From an uncultured Verrucomicrobiae bacterium (GTDB lineage Bacteria; Verrucomicrobiota; Verrucomicrobiia; Limisphaerales; UBA11358): a DNA stretch of 64,000 nt. The position numbers were made by a program, and so were the translations under genes. Below are positions 62,694-64,000 of the stretch, one piece after another (position 1 is the first letter of the stretch; each line of letters begins with the position of its first letter). Below the pieces are notes generated by a model. It did not search any database and had not been told where the DNA came from. It saw nothing but the letters and a program-made list of their open reading frames with translations. The DNA is taken from positions 345,018-409,017 of the forward strand of contig CAWDIX010000003.1 in the NCBI GenBank assembly GCA_963802515.1, read 5' to 3'.

Positions 62694-63143
62694 ATGGAAC
62701 ATTTCGACCGCTTGGAGTCATTCGGAATTTACAAACTGGCGCGCCAACTCTTTGATGAGTTCTGGGGCGACTCTGAAGTCTTGGGCAAGGATTATCGCGG
62801 GCGTGAGTTGTCCAAACAACAAGTTCGCAGCTTGGATTCGATTTGCGCAAACATCGAAGAAGGTTATGGCCGCGGTTTTGGACGGGAATTGCCGCAACAT
62901 TTAAAGATTGCGCGCGGTGAGGCGCGGGAGAGTCTTGGCCGTTATTCGCGCTGCAACCGCCTGCTTTCTGCTGATTTAGTCAATCAACGGCTGGCCACGC
63001 TTGATCATATCATCGGTGGCCTGACAAAAACCATCAATACCATCGAGGCGAAACAAAAGCGCGCGCACGAAACGCCTCTTACCCGTCACCCGTCACCCGT
63101 CACGTGTCACTTGTCACCACACCATGATTTTGGAAGTTGTTAA
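62694..63143 (+). CDS. four-helix-bundle protein (23S rRNA IVS protein / Avd-like family, TIGR02436)
   Basis: FGIYKLARQLFDEFW...SICANIEEGYGR...HLKIARGEARESLGRY. Confidence 0.8.
   Translation: MEHFDRLESFGIYKLARQLFDEFWGDSEVLGKDYRGRELSKQQVRSLDSICANIEEGYGRGFGRELPQHLKIARGEARESLGRYSRCNRLLSADLVNQRLATLDHIIGGLTKTINTIEAKQKRAHETPLTRHPSPVTCHLSPHHDFGSC
63082..63118. repeat. heptad array (CCGTCAC)x3 plus two degenerate units, right arm, inverted relative to the left arm
   Basis: ccgtcac ccgtcac ccgtcac gtgtcac ttgtcac. Ends 5 nt before the def start. Confidence 0.85.
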
Positions 63144-63693
63144 ATACGGCCATCCGGCGCTCCGGCAAAAGGGCCCGCGCATCGCAACCATCACGCCGGA
63201 AATCAAAAAACTCATCGCCGACATGTTTGAGACGATGGAGGCGAGACACGGCGTCGGCCTGGCGGCGCAACAGGTCGGCCACGCGCTGCAACTCACGGTG
63301 GTTGATGTGCGCGAGGCCAAAGACCGCCCGTCATGGCTTGAATTGGACGGCAAACCCGCCGACGTGAACGAAATCATGCCGCTGGTCCTGATCAATCCCG
63401 AAATCATCCCCACGGGCGAGCCCGCCGCCGGCGGCGAAGGTTGCCTGAGTTTTCCGGACATTTACGCGGAAATCACGCGCCCCGAATCCGTGTCCGTGAA
63501 GGCCTTGAACGCCAAGGGCAAACCGGTGGAATTCCACTGTGGCGGCCTGCTTGCGCGCGTCGTGCAGCACGAGGCGGATCATTTGAACGGCATTTTATTC
63601 ATTGACCGGATGAATCGGAAAACCAAGGAAGAACTCCGCCCGCAACTGGACGAGCTGCAGGCGCAAACGAAGGCCGGGTTGGACAAAGACTAA
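63124..63693 (+). CDS. def: peptide deformylase
   Basis: GVGLAAQQVG, EGCLSFP and QHEADHLNG motifs. Confidence 0.95.
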   Translation: MILEVVKYGHPALRQKGPRIATITPEIKKLIADMFETMEARHGVGLAAQQVGHALQLTVVDVREAKDRPSWLELDGKPADVNEIMPLVLINPEIIPTGEPAAGGEGCLSFPDIYAEITRPESVSVKALNAKGKPVEFHCGGLLARVVQHEADHLNGILFIDRMNRKTKEELRPQLDELQAQTKAGLDKD

Positions 63694-63780
63694 ATCCTCA
63701 ATCATCCAGCGGATTGCGCCCCGTTTCTCGGCGTACCACAGGCAACTTGCCTGTCGCTTCCGGCGCCCGCTTAAACGCCG

Positions 63781-64000
63781 TTACGCTTTGATAACGGTTG
63801 CGCCTGCCGCCGGACGCGAAACGAAAATCGTTGCTTCGATTCCAATTCGTTTTTTGTAATCGGCGGCGATTTTTTGGGAGATGGCCTCAACGGCGCCGGC
63901 CTTCACCAATGCCACAGTGCAGCCGCCAAAGCCGCCCCCGGTCATGCGACAACCGTAAACGCCGCCCTTGACGCCGATGGCTTCGGCGATTTCGACGACG
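63781..64000 (-). CDS. galK: galactokinase, C-terminal part (partial at window edge)
   Basis: GCRMTGGGFGGCTVALV GHMP-kinase motif 3 and a GalK-like tail. Confidence 0.7.
   Translation of the reverse strand, partial: VVEIAEAIGVKGGVYGCRMTGGGFGGCTVALVKAGAVEAISQKIAADYKKRIGIEATIFVSRPAAGATVIKA

Overview
This 64-kb window is a GC-rich bacterial chromosomal segment, with hand-counted 100-nt samples ranging from 48 to 61 G+C. It is densely coding on both strands. Several features suggest a PVC-type (Verrucomicrobiota-like) genome, though this is inference only: three PEP-CTERM-sorted proteins, a DUF1559 prepilin-like protein, secreted proteins with phage-tail-fibre (S74) chaperone ends, a recurring beta module ending in FYRL, and many short palindromic (REP/MITE-like) elements.

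Housekeeping genes I recognise are lepB, an ECF sigma factor, an M1 aminopeptidase, holA, ftsH, a tRNA-dihydrouridine synthase, tRNA-Lys(CTT), ftsB, frr, a ClC channel, parB, def and a partial galK.

The main observations worth a second look are:
- **Accessory island, about 13.4-16.7 kb.** It encodes a transglutaminase-like/Het-C-like fusion protein, an ORF6N DNA-binding protein and an orphan Vsr endonuclease. It also holds three diverged copies of one gene's 3' end.
- **Seven-gene minus-strand operon, 53.8-59.6 kb.** It runs GbsR/MarR regulator, DCC-MBOAT fusion, small membrane protein, then two DUF2071 + TIGR01777 pairs. Its function is unknown.
- **Palindromic elements inside coding regions.** They sit in frame in the SIS-domain gene, in dusB and in a radical-SAM gene.
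- **Two conserved genes each broken by five single-nucleotide indels.** These are mnmE and a B12/radical-SAM gene. Single frame disruptions occur in three more genes.
- **A perfect 142-bp inverted repeat pair 43 kb apart.**
- **A four-helix-bundle (IVS/Avd-like) gene** bracketed by inverted heptad arrays between parB and def.

I found no rRNA genes, CRISPR array, intact transposase or prophage. All family assignments rest on motifs read by eye; no database search was run.
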